This document shows positions 50,808 to 61,880 of a stretch of DNA of 64,000 nt, in pieces (the first letter of the stretch is position 1; each line of letters begins with the position of its first letter). The DNA lies in NCBI GenBank assembly GCA_963845515.1, contig CAWJSR010000035.1:32001-96000 (forward strand), given 5' to 3'. Origin of the DNA: an uncultured delta proteobacterium. Lineage in GTDB: Bacteria; Myxococcota; Myxococcia; Myxococcales; Anaeromyxobacteraceae. Made by a program: the position numbers and the translations under genes. A model generated the notes under the pieces. It was given only the letters and a program-made list of their open reading frames with translations. It ran no database searches and was not told the DNA's origin.

Positions 50808-51883
50808 CCGAGGTGGGGCTCAGATCCGGCTTCACCACCGGCGCCTGCGCGGCCGCGGCGGCGCTCGCTGCCGCGCGCGCGCTGCTCGAGGGCCGGGTCC
50901 CCGCGACCGTGGAGCTGCGGCTCCCAAACGGGACCCTCGCCCGCTTCGCGGTCGCGAGGGGCGAGCTTCTCCCCGGGAGCGCGACCTGCGTGGTGTTGAA
51001 GGACGCGGGCGACGATCCCGACGCGACGCACGGCGCCGAGATCGTGGCCACCGTCACGCTTCGCGCCGAGCAGGGCGTGGAGGTGCGCGGCGGCGCCGGC
51101 GTCGCGACCGTCACGAGGCCGGGGCTCGGGCTCGCGGTGGGGTCGCCGGCGATCACTGCAATTCCCCGGCGCCACGTCGGGGAGACCGTGGCGGCGGCGC
51201 TCGCCGCCACCGGCAGGGGGGCGGTCGTCGAGATCTCCGTGCCGCACGGCGAGGAGATCGCCAGGCAGACCCTCAACGCGAGGCTCGGGCTGCTCGGCGG
51301 CATCTCCATCCTCGGGACGACCGGGATCGTGCGCCCCTTCTCGGCAGCCGCGTACGGCGCGTCCGTGATGCGCGCCGTGGACGTGGCCAGGGCGAGCGGG
51401 CTCGACGAGGTGATCCTGTCCACCGGCGCGCGCACCGAGGCCGCGGCGATGCGCGAACACCCGGAGCTCCCCGAGGTGGCCTTCGTGCAGGCGGGCGACT
51501 GCATCGGGATCGGCCTGCGGCGTGCGGCGCAGCGCGGCGTCGCCCGCGCGCGGCTCTACGCGATGGTGGGGAAGCTGGCGAAGATCGCCGGCGGGCTGAT
51601 GCAGACGCACGCCTCGAAGGGCGAGGTCGATCCGGCCCTGCTGGCCGCGATCGCCGGCGAGGCGGGGGCGGATGGGCCGCTCCGCGCCTCGGTGGCCGGC
51701 GCCACGACCGCGCGGCACGCGCTGGAGCTGGTGGAGGCCGCGCGGCTCGGGGGCTTCGGCGCGGCGCTCTGCCGGCGAGCGGCCGAGCGCTGCGCGGCGC
51801 ACGCCTCGCGGCGGCTGCGGGTCGAGGTCGTGATGATCGGCTTCGACGGCGAGACCCTGGGGCGAGCGGAGGCGCTTCCATGA
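50804..51883 (+). CDS. cbiD: Cobalt-precorrin-5B C1-methyltransferase
   Basis: LRSGFTTGACAAAAA, KDAGDDPDATHG, NARLGLLGGISILGTTGIV. Confidence 0.95.
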   Translation: MTEVGLRSGFTTGACAAAAALAAARALLEGRVPATVELRLPNGTLARFAVARGELLPGSATCVVLKDAGDDPDATHGAEIVATVTLRAEQGVEVRGGAGVATVTRPGLGLAVGSPAITAIPRRHVGETVAAALAATGRGAVVEISVPHGEEIARQTLNARLGLLGGISILGTTGIVRPFSAAAYGASVMRAVDVARASGLDEVILSTGARTEAAAMREHPELPEVAFVQAGDCIGIGLRRAAQRGVARARLYAMVGKLAKIAGGLMQTHASKGEVDPALLAAIAGEAGADGPLRASVAGATTARHALELVEAARLGGFGAALCRRAAERCAAHASRRLRVEVVMIGFDGETLGRAEALP

Positions 51884-52521
51884 GCACGCAGGTCCCCGCT
51901 GGACGGGAGATCGAGGCCGAGAGCTTCAGGATCATCGAGGCGGAGTTGCCCGGCCACGGCTTCGCCCCCGGCCCCTGGCGCGTCGTCCGCAGGATGGTCC
52001 ACGCCACCGCCGACCTCGACTTCGCGCGCAACGCCGTCGTGGCGGCGGGAGCCGTCAAGGCAGGCGCGGACGCGCTGGCCCGCGGCGCTCCCATCGTCTG
52101 CGACGTCCGCATGATCGCGGCGGGGCTCTCGGGCGAGCGGCTCGGCCGTCTCGGCGTGACGGTCCACTGCCTCCTCTCGGAGCCTGACCTGGCAGCGCGG
52201 GCGCGCGAGGCGGGGATCACCCGCTCCGCCGAGGCGATGCGGCTGGCGCACCGGCGGGGGCTCCTCGAGGGCGCCGTCGTCGCGATCGGGAACGCCCCGA
52301 CCGCCCTCTTCGAGCTCATCCGGCTGGTCCGTGACGAGGGGGCGCGCCCCGCGCTGGTCGTCGGAGTGCCGGTGGGCTTCGTCGGCGCGGCCGAGTCCAA
52401 GGAGGCGGCGCTGGGCCTCTCGGTCCCGCACCTCGTCGTGCGCGGCCGCAAGGGGGGCACCCCAGCGGCGGTCGCCGCGCTCCACGCGCTCCTCGATCTC
52501 GCCGCGGAGCCGCTGCCGTGA
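51880..52521 (+). CDS. cbiC: Precorrin-8X methylmutase
   Basis: EIEAESFRII, RMVHATAD, IGNAPTAL, PVGFVGAAESK, GRKGG. Confidence 0.95.
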   Translation: MSTQVPAGREIEAESFRIIEAELPGHGFAPGPWRVVRRMVHATADLDFARNAVVAAGAVKAGADALARGAPIVCDVRMIAAGLSGERLGRLGVTVHCLLSEPDLAARAREAGITRSAEAMRLAHRRGLLEGAVVAIGNAPTALFELIRLVRDEGARPALVVGVPVGFVGAAESKEAALGLSVPHLVVRGRKGGTPAAVAALHALLDLAAEPLP

Positions 52522-53756
52522 GCGCGCGCGGCACGAGCCAGGTCACCGTCGTCGGCGTGGGCGACGACGGGCGCGACGGCCTCGCTCCACGCGCGCTGGC
52601 GGCGGTCGCGCGCGCGCGTGCCGTCGCGGGCGGCGAGCGCCACCTCGCGCTCTTCCCCGAGTTCTCCGGCGAGCGGATCCCGCTCGGCGCGGGGCTCGAC
52701 GACGCCATCTCGCGGCTCCGCGCGCTCGCCGCGACCGGCCCGGTCTGCGTGCTCGCCTCGGGCGACCCGCTCTTCTTCGGCGTCGGCGCCCGGGTGATCC
52801 AGGCGTTCGGCGCTGGCGCCGTCGAGGTCCTCCCGCAGCCCTCGTCGCTCCAGTGGGCCTTCGCCCGGCTCGGGATCCCCTGGGACGACGCCGCGCTCAT
52901 CTCCCTCCACGGGCGGCCGCGCGAGGGGCTCGTCGCGCGGCTCCGCCGCCGCTCCAAGGCGGCCTGCTTCACCGACTCCGAGTGCTCCCCGCCCGCGCTG
53001 GCCGCCCACCTCCTGGCCCACGGCGAGACCGGCTGGACGGCCTTCGTCTGCGAGCGGCTCGGCGGCGCACGCGAGCGGGTGCGCTCGTTCCGGATGGAGC
53101 CCCTCGCCGCCTGCGCGGACGTCGACCCGCTCAACGTCCTCGTCCTGGTGCGGGACCAGGGCTGGCGCCAGCCTCCGGTCATCCCCTTCCTCCCGGAGGG
53201 GGCCTTCTCCACCCGCGGCGGCCTCATCACCAAGCGGGAGGTCAGGCTCGTCGCGCTCGGCGCGCTCCGGCTCGCCGAGGACTCGGTCCTCTGGGACGTC
53301 GGGGCGGGCTCCGGCTCGGTCGCGATCGAGGCGGCGCTCCTCGCCGCAGAGGGGCGCGTCTTCGCGGTCGAGCGCGATCCCGAGATGCTAGAGCACCTCG
53401 CGCGGAACGTGCTGCGCCACGGCGCGGACAACGTGCGCATCGTCCCGGGCGCCGCGCCGGGTGCGCTGGAGATGCTCGAGGCCCCGGACGCCGTCTTCGT
53501 GGGCGGGAGCGGCGGCGACCTCTCCGCCATCCTCGCGCGCGCGCTCGACGCGCTCCGGCCCGGCGGGCGGCTCGTCGTGAACGCCGCGCTGCTCGACACG
53601 CTCGAGGAGGCGCGCCGCTTCTTCGCCTCCCGCGAGCTCTCTCCCGAGGTGACGCTCGTGAGCATCGCCCGCGGCGCGCCCATCGGCGGGAAGCTGCGGC
53701 TCGACCCGCTCGGCCCGGTCCACGTCGTCACGGTGACGAAGGGGGGCGACCAGTGA
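52518..53756 (+). CDS. cbiET: Bifunctional precorrin-6Y C5,15-methyltransferase (CbiE-CbiT fusion / CobL)
   Basis: LASGDPLFFG, SLHGR, ITKREVR, WDVGAGSGSV, PDAVFVGGSGG. Confidence 0.93.
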   Translation: MSARGTSQVTVVGVGDDGRDGLAPRALAAVARARAVAGGERHLALFPEFSGERIPLGAGLDDAISRLRALAATGPVCVLASGDPLFFGVGARVIQAFGAGAVEVLPQPSSLQWAFARLGIPWDDAALISLHGRPREGLVARLRRRSKAACFTDSECSPPALAAHLLAHGETGWTAFVCERLGGARERVRSFRMEPLAACADVDPLNVLVLVRDQGWRQPPVIPFLPEGAFSTRGGLITKREVRLVALGALRLAEDSVLWDVGAGSGSVAIEAALLAAEGRVFAVERDPEMLEHLARNVLRHGADNVRIVPGAAPGALEMLEAPDAVFVGGSGGDLSAILARALDALRPGGRLVVNAALLDTLEEARRFFASRELSPEVTLVSIARGAPIGGKLRLDPLGPVHVVTVTKGGDQ

Positions 53757-54478
53757 GCGCGCGGCTCATCGGCGTCGGGGTGGGCCCCGGAGCGGCCGAC
53801 CTCCTCACGCTGCGCGCGGCGCGCGTGCTGCGAGAGGCAGACGTCCTCGCCCTGCCCCGCTCCTCCGCGGAGGCCTCCTCCTCGGCAGGCGCGATCGTCC
53901 GGGCGGCGGTCGGCGAGGTCGCCGGCCAGGAGATCCTCCCACTCACCTTCCCGATGACGCGCGATCCTGCGGTGCGGCGGCTCGCCCTCGACGCCGCGCT
54001 CGACGCGCTGGCCAGCCGCCTGGAGGCGGGGAAGCTGATCGCCGTCGCGTGCGAGGGGGATCCGCTCGTCTACGGCAGCTTCATCGACCTCCTGCACGCC
54101 GCGCCGGCCCGCTTCCCCGGCGTCCCGGTGGAGGTCGTGCCGGGGATCACCGCCGCCACGGCGGCCGCCGCCGCCGCGCTCGTCCCGCTCGCGGACGGCG
54201 ACGGCGCGCTGGAGATCCTCCCAGCGCGGCGCGCCATCGCAGAGCTCCCCCGGATCGCGGCCAGCGGCGACGCCGCAGTCATCTACAAGGCCGGCCCGGT
54301 CCTGCCGGAGCTCGCCGCAGCGCTCGCGGAGCAGGGGCTGGCCGGCCGCGCCGTCCTCGTCACCTCCGCCACCCGTCCCGACGAGGAGATCGTCCGCGGC
54401 CTAGACGCCGACGTGGGGAAGCGCCCCTACTTCTCGCTCGTCATCGTGCCGCCGCGCGGAAGCCGGGAGGAGGGGTGA
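53753..54478 (+). CDS. cbiL: Precorrin-2 C20-methyltransferase
   Basis: GVGVGPGAADLLTLRA, FPMT, EGDPLVYGSF, VPGIT, PYFSL. Confidence 0.92.
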   Translation: MSARLIGVGVGPGAADLLTLRAARVLREADVLALPRSSAEASSSAGAIVRAAVGEVAGQEILPLTFPMTRDPAVRRLALDAALDALASRLEAGKLIAVACEGDPLVYGSFIDLLHAAPARFPGVPVEVVPGITAATAAAAAALVPLADGDGALEILPARRAIAELPRIAASGDAAVIYKAGPVLPELAAALAEQGLAGRAVLVTSATRPDEEIVRGLDADVGKRPYFSLVIVPPRGSREEG

Positions 54479-55593
54479 CCGCGCGCGCTGCCGTCGCCAT
54501 CCACGCGCTCAGCCGCGGCGCGCTCCCGCTCGCGCTCCGGCTCGCCGCCGCGCTCGGCGACGCGGAGCTCCACGTCTCCGAGCGGATCGCCCCCGAGGCA
54601 CCGGCGGGGGCCAGCCCCTTCGCCCTGCCGATGCGCGAGGCGCTCGCGCGCTCCTTTCACGCCCACCGCGCCCACGTCTTCGTGATGGCGATCGGCGCCG
54701 TCGTGCGGATGATCGCCCCCCTCCTGCGCGGGAAGGGGGCCGACCCGGCCGTGGTCTGCCTGGACGAGGCGGGGCGCTTCGCCGTCCCGATCCTCGCGGG
54801 CCACCTCGGCGGCGCCAACGCCCTCGCCACCCGGATCGCCGCTGCCATCGGCGCAGAGGCCGTCATCACCACCGCGTCCGACGTGCAGGGCACCCTGGCG
54901 GTGGACCTCCTCGGCGCCGACCTCGGCTGGCGCTTCGAGGACCCTCGCGGCAACGCCACGCGTGCCGCCGCCGCCGTGGTCAACGGCGACTCCGTGGCCA
55001 TCGTCCTCGGCGATGGGGCGCCTCCCTGCTGGCCCTCCGGCTGGCCCCTCCCAGCGCACGCCACGCTCTGCGAGACGCTCGACGATCCGGCGGTCTGCGA
55101 GGCGGAGGCCGCGCTCGTCGTGACCGATCGGATCCTCCCCTGCGACCTGCCGGCCCTCGCGCGCGCCGTCCTCTACCGGCCGCGGAGCCTCGTGCTCGGG
55201 ATCGGCTGCGACCGCGCCACGCCGGCGGAGCTGGTCGCCCGTGGCGTCGAGGCGGTCCTCGCCGGCCACCGCCTCGCCTTGGGCTCGGTCCGCGAGATCG
55301 CCTCGGTCGACCTGAAGGCGGACGAGCCCGCGCTGCTGTCGCTCTCGGAGCGGCTCGGCTGCCCGCTCAGGACCTTCCCGGCGGCGAGCCTCGACGCGAC
55401 GCCCGGGATCGAGAATCCGTCGGAGCGGGTCTCCCGTCTGGTCGGAACGCGCGGAGTCTCCGAGCCGGCCGCCCTCCGCGCGGCGGAGGCGCCCCGCCTC
55501 CTCGTCTCCAAGCAGGTCTACACGGAGCCGGGCGCCGGCCGCTCCATGACGATCGCAGTCGCCCGCGTCGCGGGCTCGAGGAGCAGCGAATGA
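54475..55593 (+). CDS. cbiG: Cobalt-precorrin-5A hydrolase
   Basis: IGAVVRMIAP, DPAVV, GHLGGAN, VITTASD, LGIGC, GVSEPAA. Confidence 0.93.
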   Translation: MTARAAVAIHALSRGALPLALRLAAALGDAELHVSERIAPEAPAGASPFALPMREALARSFHAHRAHVFVMAIGAVVRMIAPLLRGKGADPAVVCLDEAGRFAVPILAGHLGGANALATRIAAAIGAEAVITTASDVQGTLAVDLLGADLGWRFEDPRGNATRAAAAVVNGDSVAIVLGDGAPPCWPSGWPLPAHATLCETLDDPAVCEAEAALVVTDRILPCDLPALARAVLYRPRSLVLGIGCDRATPAELVARGVEAVLAGHRLALGSVREIASVDLKADEPALLSLSERLGCPLRTFPAASLDATPGIENPSERVSRLVGTRGVSEPAALRAAEAPRLLVSKQVYTEPGAGRSMTIAVARVAGSRSSE

Positions 55594-56417
55594 GCAACGG
55601 CCGACTCTCCATCGTCGGGATCGGGCCCGGCGCGCCCGACCAGATGACCGGCGCCGCCCGCGCGGCCATCGCGTCGGCCGAGCTCGTGGTCGGCTACCGG
55701 AGCTACCTGGACCTGCTGGGCCCGCTCCTCGACGGCAAGGAGCAGTTCGCAGGCCGGATGACCGAGGAGATCGACCGCGCGCGCGCCGCCGTCGAGCGTG
55801 CTCGCGCCGGCGCGCGGGTCGCGCTCGTCGGCTCCGGTGACGCTGGCGTCTACGGCCTCGCAGGGCTGGCGCTGGAGCTGCTCCGCGAGGCGGGCTGGCG
55901 GCGGGGCGACGCGCCGGACGTCGAGATCGTCCCGGGCGTCACCGCGCTCCTGTCCTGCGCGGCGCGCGTTGGGGCCCCGCTCGGCCACGACTTCTGCGCC
56001 ATCTCCCTCTCCGACCTCCTCACCCCCTGGCCGGTGATCGAGCGGCGCGTCGAGGCGGCCGCCTCCGCCGACTTCGCCATCGCCTTCTACAACCCGGCGA
56101 GCGCGCGCCGGCGCGAGCCGCTCGCGAAGGCGAGGGAGATCCTGCTGCGCCACCGCCCTCCCGCGACGCCGGTGGCCGTGGTGACCGACGCCTTCCGTGA
56201 CGGCGAGCACGTGGTGCTGACCGACCTCGCCGGCCTTGGGGACGCCGAGGTTGGAATGACCAGCACCGTCCTCGTCGGGGCCGCCTCCACCTTCTCGTGG
56301 GAGGGGTTCCTGGTCACGCCGCGCGGCTATGCGGCGAAGTACGAGTGGGATGGCTCCGCGCGTCCGGGCGAGAAGCCGGGCGCGCCGCTACGTGGAGAAG
56401 GGGAAGAGGAGCGATGA
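55590..56417 (+). CDS. cbiH: Precorrin-3B C17-methyltransferase
   Basis: VGIGPG, SGDAGVYG, GAPLGHDFCAISLSDLLTPW, YNPAS, TPRGY. Confidence 0.95.
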   Translation: MSNGRLSIVGIGPGAPDQMTGAARAAIASAELVVGYRSYLDLLGPLLDGKEQFAGRMTEEIDRARAAVERARAGARVALVGSGDAGVYGLAGLALELLREAGWRRGDAPDVEIVPGVTALLSCAARVGAPLGHDFCAISLSDLLTPWPVIERRVEAAASADFAIAFYNPASARRREPLAKAREILLRHRPPATPVAVVTDAFRDGEHVVLTDLAGLGDAEVGMTSTVLVGAASTFSWEGFLVTPRGYAAKYEWDGSARPGEKPGAPLRGEGEEER

Positions 56418-57958
56418 CGGTCTGGTTCATAGGCGCTGGGCCCGGGGATCCCGAGCTGCTCACCCTGAAGGGCGCCCGGCTGATCGAGCGGTGCCCGGTA
56501 GTCATCTTCGCCGGGTCGCTGGTCGCGCGGGAGGTGGTGGCGCGAGCGAGGCCGGGGGCGCGCGTCCTCGACTCCGCTGGCATGACGCTCGACGAGATCG
56601 TGGCCGAGATGGTCACGGCCAGCGGGCGCGGCGAGGACGTCGCGCGCGTCCACACCGGCGACCCCGCCATCTTCGGCGCCATCGGGGAGCAGATGCGCCG
56701 GCTCGACGCACTGGGGATCCCGTACGAGGTGGTCCCAGGCGTCTCCTCCTTCACCGCGGCCGCGGCAGCCGTGAAGAAGGAGCTGACGCTCCCCGGCGTC
56801 TCGCAGGCGGTCGTCATCGCCCGCGCCGAGGGGCGGACCGGCGTCCCCGTGGGGCAGCGGCTCGGCGACCTCGCCAGGGCGCGCGCGACGCTCGCCCTCT
56901 TCCTCTCGGCGGGACTGCTGGACGACGCGGCGAGGGAGCTCGCCGTCGCCTACGGCCCCGCCTGCCCGGCGATCGTCGTCCACAAGGCCAGCCACCCCGA
57001 CCAGAAGATCGTCAGGGCCACGCTCGCGGACGTCGCCGCGCGAGCGCGCGAGGCGGGGATCGGCGCGACCGCCATGGTCCTCGTCGGGCCGGCGCTCGCC
57101 GATGGGGCCGGCGAGGAGTCGAAGCTCTACGACCCTGCGTTCGCCCATGGCTTCCGCGCCGCGGGCGGCGCGCAGTCCGCCGCGACGGCGTCCGCGCCGC
57201 GCGCGCCCGGCATCGTCTACCTCGTCGGCGCCGGTCCGGGCGACCCGCGCTTCCTCACGCTCCGTGCAGCGGAGCTGCTGGCGCAGGCCGACGTGCTGGC
57301 CTACGACGAGCTGGTGCCGGCGCCGCTGCTCGCCATGGTGCGCCAGGGCGCCGAGCTGGTCCCGGTCGGACGCCGGCACGGCGATCCGGCGCCGGCGTGG
57401 GAGCGGATCCACCCGGAGGTGATGGCGCGCGCCCGGGAGGGCAAGCGCGTCGTCCGGCTCAAGGCAGGCGATCCGTTCGTCTTCGGCCGCGGCGGGGAGG
57501 AGGCGGAGGCCCTGCGCGAGGCAGGGATCCCGTTCGAGGTGGTCCCTGGCATCTCGGCGGCGCTCGGCGCCGCCGCGGGGGCGCTCATCCCGCTCACCCA
57601 CCGCGACCTCTCCTCGGACGTCACCTTCGCCACTGCGCACGACCTCGCGAACGAGGGTGGGCGGACCGACTGGAGGCGGCTCGCCGCCGGCGGGACGCTG
57701 GTCCTGTACATGGGGGCTAAGGGGATCGCGCGAAACCTGGCGAAGCTGGAGGAGCTGGGCTGGAGCCCCGCGACGCCGGCCGCCTGGGTCGCCGCGGCGA
57801 CGCGCCCCGATCAGAAGGTGATCACCGGGACGGTGGGCGACCTCGCGGCCCGCGTGGCCGGCGAGCGCCATCCGGGGCCCGCGCTCCTGATCGTCGGCGC
57901 GGTGGTCGCGCTCCGCGCCCGGCTCCTCGGCGTCGACGAGGAGGGGTGCGGGACGTGA
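56414..57958 (+). CDS. cbiF-cobA: Fusion of precorrin-4 C11-methyltransferase (CbiF/CobM) and uroporphyrinogen-III C-methyltransferase (CobA/SUMT)
   Basis: N half: FIGAGPGDPELLT, RVHTGDP, ELTLPGVSQ, SKLYD. C half: YLVGAGPGDP, RLKAGDPFVFGRGGEE, PLTHR, TLVLYMG. One continuous frame. Confidence 0.92.
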   Translation: MTVWFIGAGPGDPELLTLKGARLIERCPVVIFAGSLVAREVVARARPGARVLDSAGMTLDEIVAEMVTASGRGEDVARVHTGDPAIFGAIGEQMRRLDALGIPYEVVPGVSSFTAAAAAVKKELTLPGVSQAVVIARAEGRTGVPVGQRLGDLARARATLALFLSAGLLDDAARELAVAYGPACPAIVVHKASHPDQKIVRATLADVAARAREAGIGATAMVLVGPALADGAGEESKLYDPAFAHGFRAAGGAQSAATASAPRAPGIVYLVGAGPGDPRFLTLRAAELLAQADVLAYDELVPAPLLAMVRQGAELVPVGRRHGDPAPAWERIHPEVMARAREGKRVVRLKAGDPFVFGRGGEEAEALREAGIPFEVVPGISAALGAAAGALIPLTHRDLSSDVTFATAHDLANEGGRTDWRRLAAGGTLVLYMGAKGIARNLAKLEELGWSPATPAAWVAAATRPDQKVITGTVGDLAARVAGERHPGPALLIVGAVVALRARLLGVDEEGCGT

Positions 57959-58485
57959 CCGCCACGGCGCCAGGGCTCGTCCTCGTCTACACCGGCGAGG
58001 GGAAGGGCAAGACGACCGCCGCGCTGGGGCTCGCCTTCCGCGCGCTCGGCCGCGGGCTCCGCGTCGCGGTCCTCCAGTTCGTGAAGGGGCGCTGGGAGAC
58101 CGGCGAGCGGCTGCTCGCCGAGCGCGGCATCCCGGGTCTTGACTGGCACGTGATGGGCGAGGGGTTCACCTGGGAGGGGAACGATCCCGCGATCCACGCC
58201 GACGCGGCGCGCGCCGGCTGGGCGAAGGCGCGCGCGGTCATCGAGGCTGGCGCGCACGACGTCGTGGTGCTCGACGAGGTGATGCTCCCGCTCGCGCGCG
58301 GCTGGATCGACGCCGGGGAGCTGCTGTCCGTCCTGCGCGCGCGGCGGCAGGCGATGCACGTCGTCCTCACCGGCCGCGGCGCGCCGCCGGCGCTGATCGA
58401 GGCGGCCGACCTCGTCAGCGAGATGCGCGCGATCAAGCACCCGTTCGACAGGGGAGTGATGGCGATCTCCGGGGTGGACTTCTGA
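57955..58485 (+). CDS. cobO: Cob(I)alamin adenosyltransferase (CobO/BtuR)
   Basis: YTGEGKGKTTAALG, QFVKG, GEGFTW, LTGR, ADLVSEM, KHPF. Confidence 0.95.
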   Translation: MTATAPGLVLVYTGEGKGKTTAALGLAFRALGRGLRVAVLQFVKGRWETGERLLAERGIPGLDWHVMGEGFTWEGNDPAIHADAARAGWAKARAVIEAGAHDVVVLDEVMLPLARGWIDAGELLSVLRARRQAMHVVLTGRGAPPALIEAADLVSEMRAIKHPFDRGVMAISGVDF

Positions 58486-59858
58486 TGGGCGCGCCCGCCT
58501 CGCCACGGCTCGTCCTCGCCGCCGCCTCCAGCGGCTCGGGGAAGACGACCGCCGCCGTGGCGCTCGCGGCGGCGCTGCGGCGTCGCGGGCTCGCCGTGGC
58601 GCCGTTCAAGTGCGGCCCCGACTACCTCGACCCCACCTGGCACGCGCTCGCCGCAGGCAGGCCGAGCCACAACCTCGACGGCTGGATGATGGGGCGCGAC
58701 GCATCGCTCGCGACGTTCGCCGCCGCGTCGGCCGGCGCCGACGTCGCGCTCGTCGAAGGGGTGATGGGGCTCTTCGACGGCGCCTCGCCTCGCTCGGAGG
58801 AGGGCTCCACGGCGCAGCTCGCCAAGTGGCTGGCGGCACCGGTCGTCGCGGTGGTGGACGCCTCCGGGATGGCCCGGACCCTCGCGGCGGTGCTCCACGG
58901 GCTCGCCGCCTTCGACCCCGCGCTGCGGCTCGGCGGCGTCCTGTGCAACAGGATCGGGAGCCGGTCCCACCTCGACCTGCTGCGCGAGGCCGTCGCGCCG
59001 CTGCCGGTCTTCGGTGGGCTGCCCAAGGTCGAGTCGCTCCGGTTCCCCGAGCGCCACCTGGGGTTGGTGTCCGCCACTCGCGACCTGCTCGGTGACGACG
59101 CGCTCGCGCGCTGGGCAAATCTCGCGGAGGAGTGGATCGACCTCGGAGCCGTCCTCGCCCTCGCCAGCAGCGCCCCGCCGCTCCCAGCGTTCCCGCCCCG
59201 GGCGTCTGCCGCCGAGCGGTGCAGGATCGGCGTCGCCTTCGACGAGGCCTTCCACTTCTACTACGACGACAACCTGGCCCGGCTCGAGGCGCTCGGGGCG
59301 CGGCTCGTCCGGTTCTCGCCGCTGCGCGACCCGGCGCCGCCCGCGGTGGACGGCCTGTACCTCGGCGGCGGCTACCCCGAGCTCCACGCCGCGGCGCTCG
59401 CCGGAAACCGCGCCATGCTCGACGGGATCCGCGCCTTCGCGGCCAGCGGACGGCCCGTCTACGCCGAGTGCGGAGGGCTCATGTACCTGTGCAGCGCCAT
59501 CCGCACGCTCGACGGGATCGAGCACCGCATGGCTGGGCTCGTCCACGGCGTCGCGCGCGTGCGCGACAGGCTCCAGGCGCTCGGCTACGCCGAGGTCGAG
59601 ACGACGACGCCGACGCTGCTCGGACCCGCCGGCCTCCGGCTCCGCGGTCACCAGTTCCGTTACTCCGACCTCGACCCCCTCCCCGCGGAGGGCGCGCGCG
59701 CGTACCGCGTGGCCCGCCGCCGCGGCGGGGAGCCATTCTCCGAGGGGTATGGCGGCGGCTCGGTCCTCGCGTCGTGGGTCCATGTCCACTGGGCGAGCTG
59801 CCCAGAGGCGGCCGAGGGATTCGTCGGATCCTGCGAGCGCGCGAGGAGGACGCCGTGA
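58485..59858 (+). CDS. cbiA: Cobyrinate a,c-diamide synthase
   Basis: [54 protein letters not shown]. Confidence 0.96.
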   Translation: MGAPASPRLVLAAASSGSGKTTAAVALAAALRRRGLAVAPFKCGPDYLDPTWHALAAGRPSHNLDGWMMGRDASLATFAAASAGADVALVEGVMGLFDGASPRSEEGSTAQLAKWLAAPVVAVVDASGMARTLAAVLHGLAAFDPALRLGGVLCNRIGSRSHLDLLREAVAPLPVFGGLPKVESLRFPERHLGLVSATRDLLGDDALARWANLAEEWIDLGAVLALASSAPPLPAFPPRASAAERCRIGVAFDEAFHFYYDDNLARLEALGARLVRFSPLRDPAPPAVDGLYLGGGYPELHAAALAGNRAMLDGIRAFAASGRPVYAECGGLMYLCSAIRTLDGIEHRMAGLVHGVARVRDRLQALGYAEVETTTPTLLGPAGLRLRGHQFRYSDLDPLPAEGARAYRVARRRGGEPFSEGYGGGSVLASWVHVHWASCPEAAEGFVGSCERARRTP

Positions 59859-60802
59859 CCGCGGCCGAGGCCCTCCCGCTCCTGGCGCTCCCGCTCGCCT
59901 TCGCGCTCGACGCGCTCGCCGGCGAGTACCCGAACCTGCTCCACCCGGTCGTCTGGATGGGGAACGCCATCGGGGCGCTGGAGCGGCTCGCGCCGAAGGG
60001 CGGGCGGGCGGCCCAGTTCGCGCACGGGCTCCTGATGGCCCTCGGCGTTCCCGCGCTCTTCGCGGCGGCGGCCTGGGGGCTGCTGGCGCTCCTCCGCCCC
60101 TGGCCGCTCGCGGCCCTGGCCGCCGAGCTGCTCCTCCTGAAGTCCACCTTCGCCGTCAGGGCCCTCGGGGCCGCAGCGGGCGAGGTGCGCGCGGCGCTGG
60201 AGCGGGACGACCTCCCGTCGGCCCGCCACGCGCTCCGCTCCCTCTGCAGCCGCGACCCCTCCTCGCTCACCGAGCCCCAGCTCGCCGCGGCGGCGATCGA
60301 GTCGGTGGCGGAGAACCTCTCCGACAGCCTCGTCGCGCCGCTCTTCTGGTACGCGGTCGCGGGGCTCCCCGGCGCGATCGCCTACCGGGCGATCAACACG
60401 CTGGACGCCTCCATCGGCTACCGCGGCCGGTACGAGTGGCTCGGCAAGGCGTCGGCGCGGCTCGACGATCTCGCCAACCTCGTCCCGGCGAGGCTCACCG
60501 CGGCGCTCCTGCTCGCCGCAGGCGCCGTCGCCGGTGGCCGGGCGCGCGACGGGGTGCGGATCCTGTGGCGCGATGGCGGCAGGACCGAGAGCCCCAACGC
60601 CGGTCGGCCGATGGCGGCGATGGCGGGGCTGCTCGGCGTCGAGCTGTCGAAGGTCGACCATTACCGCCTCGGCGACCCGCTCGTCCCGGTCGGCGCGTCC
60701 ACCATCTCCCGCGCGTGGCGCGTCACGCGGCTCGCCTCGGCGCTGGCCCTCATCCTGGCGATCACGCCGCTGCTCCTCCGCGGAGCCCTCCATGCCGTCT
60801 AG
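59855..60802 (+). CDS. cbiB: Adenosylcobinamide-phosphate synthase
   Basis: [37 protein letters not shown]. Confidence 0.95.
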   Translation: MTAAEALPLLALPLAFALDALAGEYPNLLHPVVWMGNAIGALERLAPKGGRAAQFAHGLLMALGVPALFAAAAWGLLALLRPWPLAALAAELLLLKSTFAVRALGAAAGEVRAALERDDLPSARHALRSLCSRDPSSLTEPQLAAAAIESVAENLSDSLVAPLFWYAVAGLPGAIAYRAINTLDASIGYRGRYEWLGKASARLDDLANLVPARLTAALLLAAGAVAGGRARDGVRILWRDGGRTESPNAGRPMAAMAGLLGVELSKVDHYRLGDPLVPVGASTISRAWRVTRLASALALILAITPLLLRGALHAV

Positions 60803-61880
60803 CGCGCAGCCCGCGGCCCGGCCGCGCGTCCACGGTGGGCTCCGGCCAGCCGAGCTCCGTGCGCTCGGCATCGACCTGGCCCAGGTCCTCGACCTCTCGG
60901 TCAACGTGAACCCCTACGGTCCCGCTCCCGGGGTGGTCGAGGCGATCCGGAGCGCGCCGCTCGACGCGTACCCGGACCCCGAGGCCCTCGCGGTGCGCGA
61001 GGCGCTGGGAGATCGCTGGAGCGTCGTCCCTGAGCGGGTCGCCTTCGGCAACGGCGCGAGCGAGCTGCTCTGGGCGCTCGCGCAGGTCCTGCTGCGCGAC
61101 GGCCGGACGCTCCTGATCGTGGAGCCAGCCTTCTCCGAGCTCCGCGTCGCGGCCGGGTCGGCCGGCGCGCAGGTCCTGGAGTGGCGCGCCCGGCTGGAGG
61201 GCGGCCTCGTGCCCGACCTGGAGGCGATCGGCCGCGAGCTGGACCGTGTTCACCCCGACGTGCTGGCGCTCTGCTCGCCAACTTCCCCGGCCGGCGCACC
61301 CGTCCCGGCCGACGAGCTCCTGCGGCTCGCCTTCGACCACCCACGGACCACCGTCCTGCTCGACGAGTCCTTCCTCTCGCTCTCTGACGGCCACGCCGAC
61401 CTCGACGAGCCGCTGCCGGACAACGTGGTCCGGATCCGGTCGATGACGAAGGACCACGCTCTCCCCGGACTGCGCGTCGGCTACCTGCTCGCTCCGCCCG
61501 AGCTCGTGCGGGCCGTCGACGGCGTCCGGCAGGCGTGGCCGACGGGGACGCTGGCGCAGGCGGCGGCGCTGGCGGCCATCTCCGCCGAGCGCTTCGTGGC
61601 CGAGAGCCGCACCGCGCTGCGCGCGGACCGGCTCGCGCTCGCCGACGGGCTGCGGGCGCTCGGCCGCCCGCCCCTCGCGTCCGCCGCCCCCTACCTGATC
61701 TTCGACGCCGGGGACGCCGCCGCGCTGCGCTCTCGCCTCCTCGCCGGCGGCGTCCTGGTCCGGGACTGCGCGTCGTTCGGACTGCCCGGCTTCGTCCGAG
61801 TCGCCGCGCGCCCCGCCGCGGACCGCGACCGCTTCCTCGCTGCGCTCGCGGTGGCGCTGCGCCAGGGGGGCTCCCTGTGA
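60792..61880 (+). CDS. cobD: Threonine-phosphate decarboxylase (class I/II PLP enzyme)
   Basis: [49 protein letters not shown]; lies inside the cob operon. Confidence 0.85.
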   Translation: MPSSAQPAARPRVHGGLRPAELRALGIDLAQVLDLSVNVNPYGPAPGVVEAIRSAPLDAYPDPEALAVREALGDRWSVVPERVAFGNGASELLWALAQVLLRDGRTLLIVEPAFSELRVAAGSAGAQVLEWRARLEGGLVPDLEAIGRELDRVHPDVLALCSPTSPAGAPVPADELLRLAFDHPRTTVLLDESFLSLSDGHADLDEPLPDNVVRIRSMTKDHALPGLRVGYLLAPPELVRAVDGVRQAWPTGTLAQAAALAAISAERFVAESRTALRADRLALADGLRALGRPPLASAAPYLIFDAGDAAALRSRLLAGGVLVRDCASFGLPGFVRVAARPAADRDRFLAALAVALRQGGSL

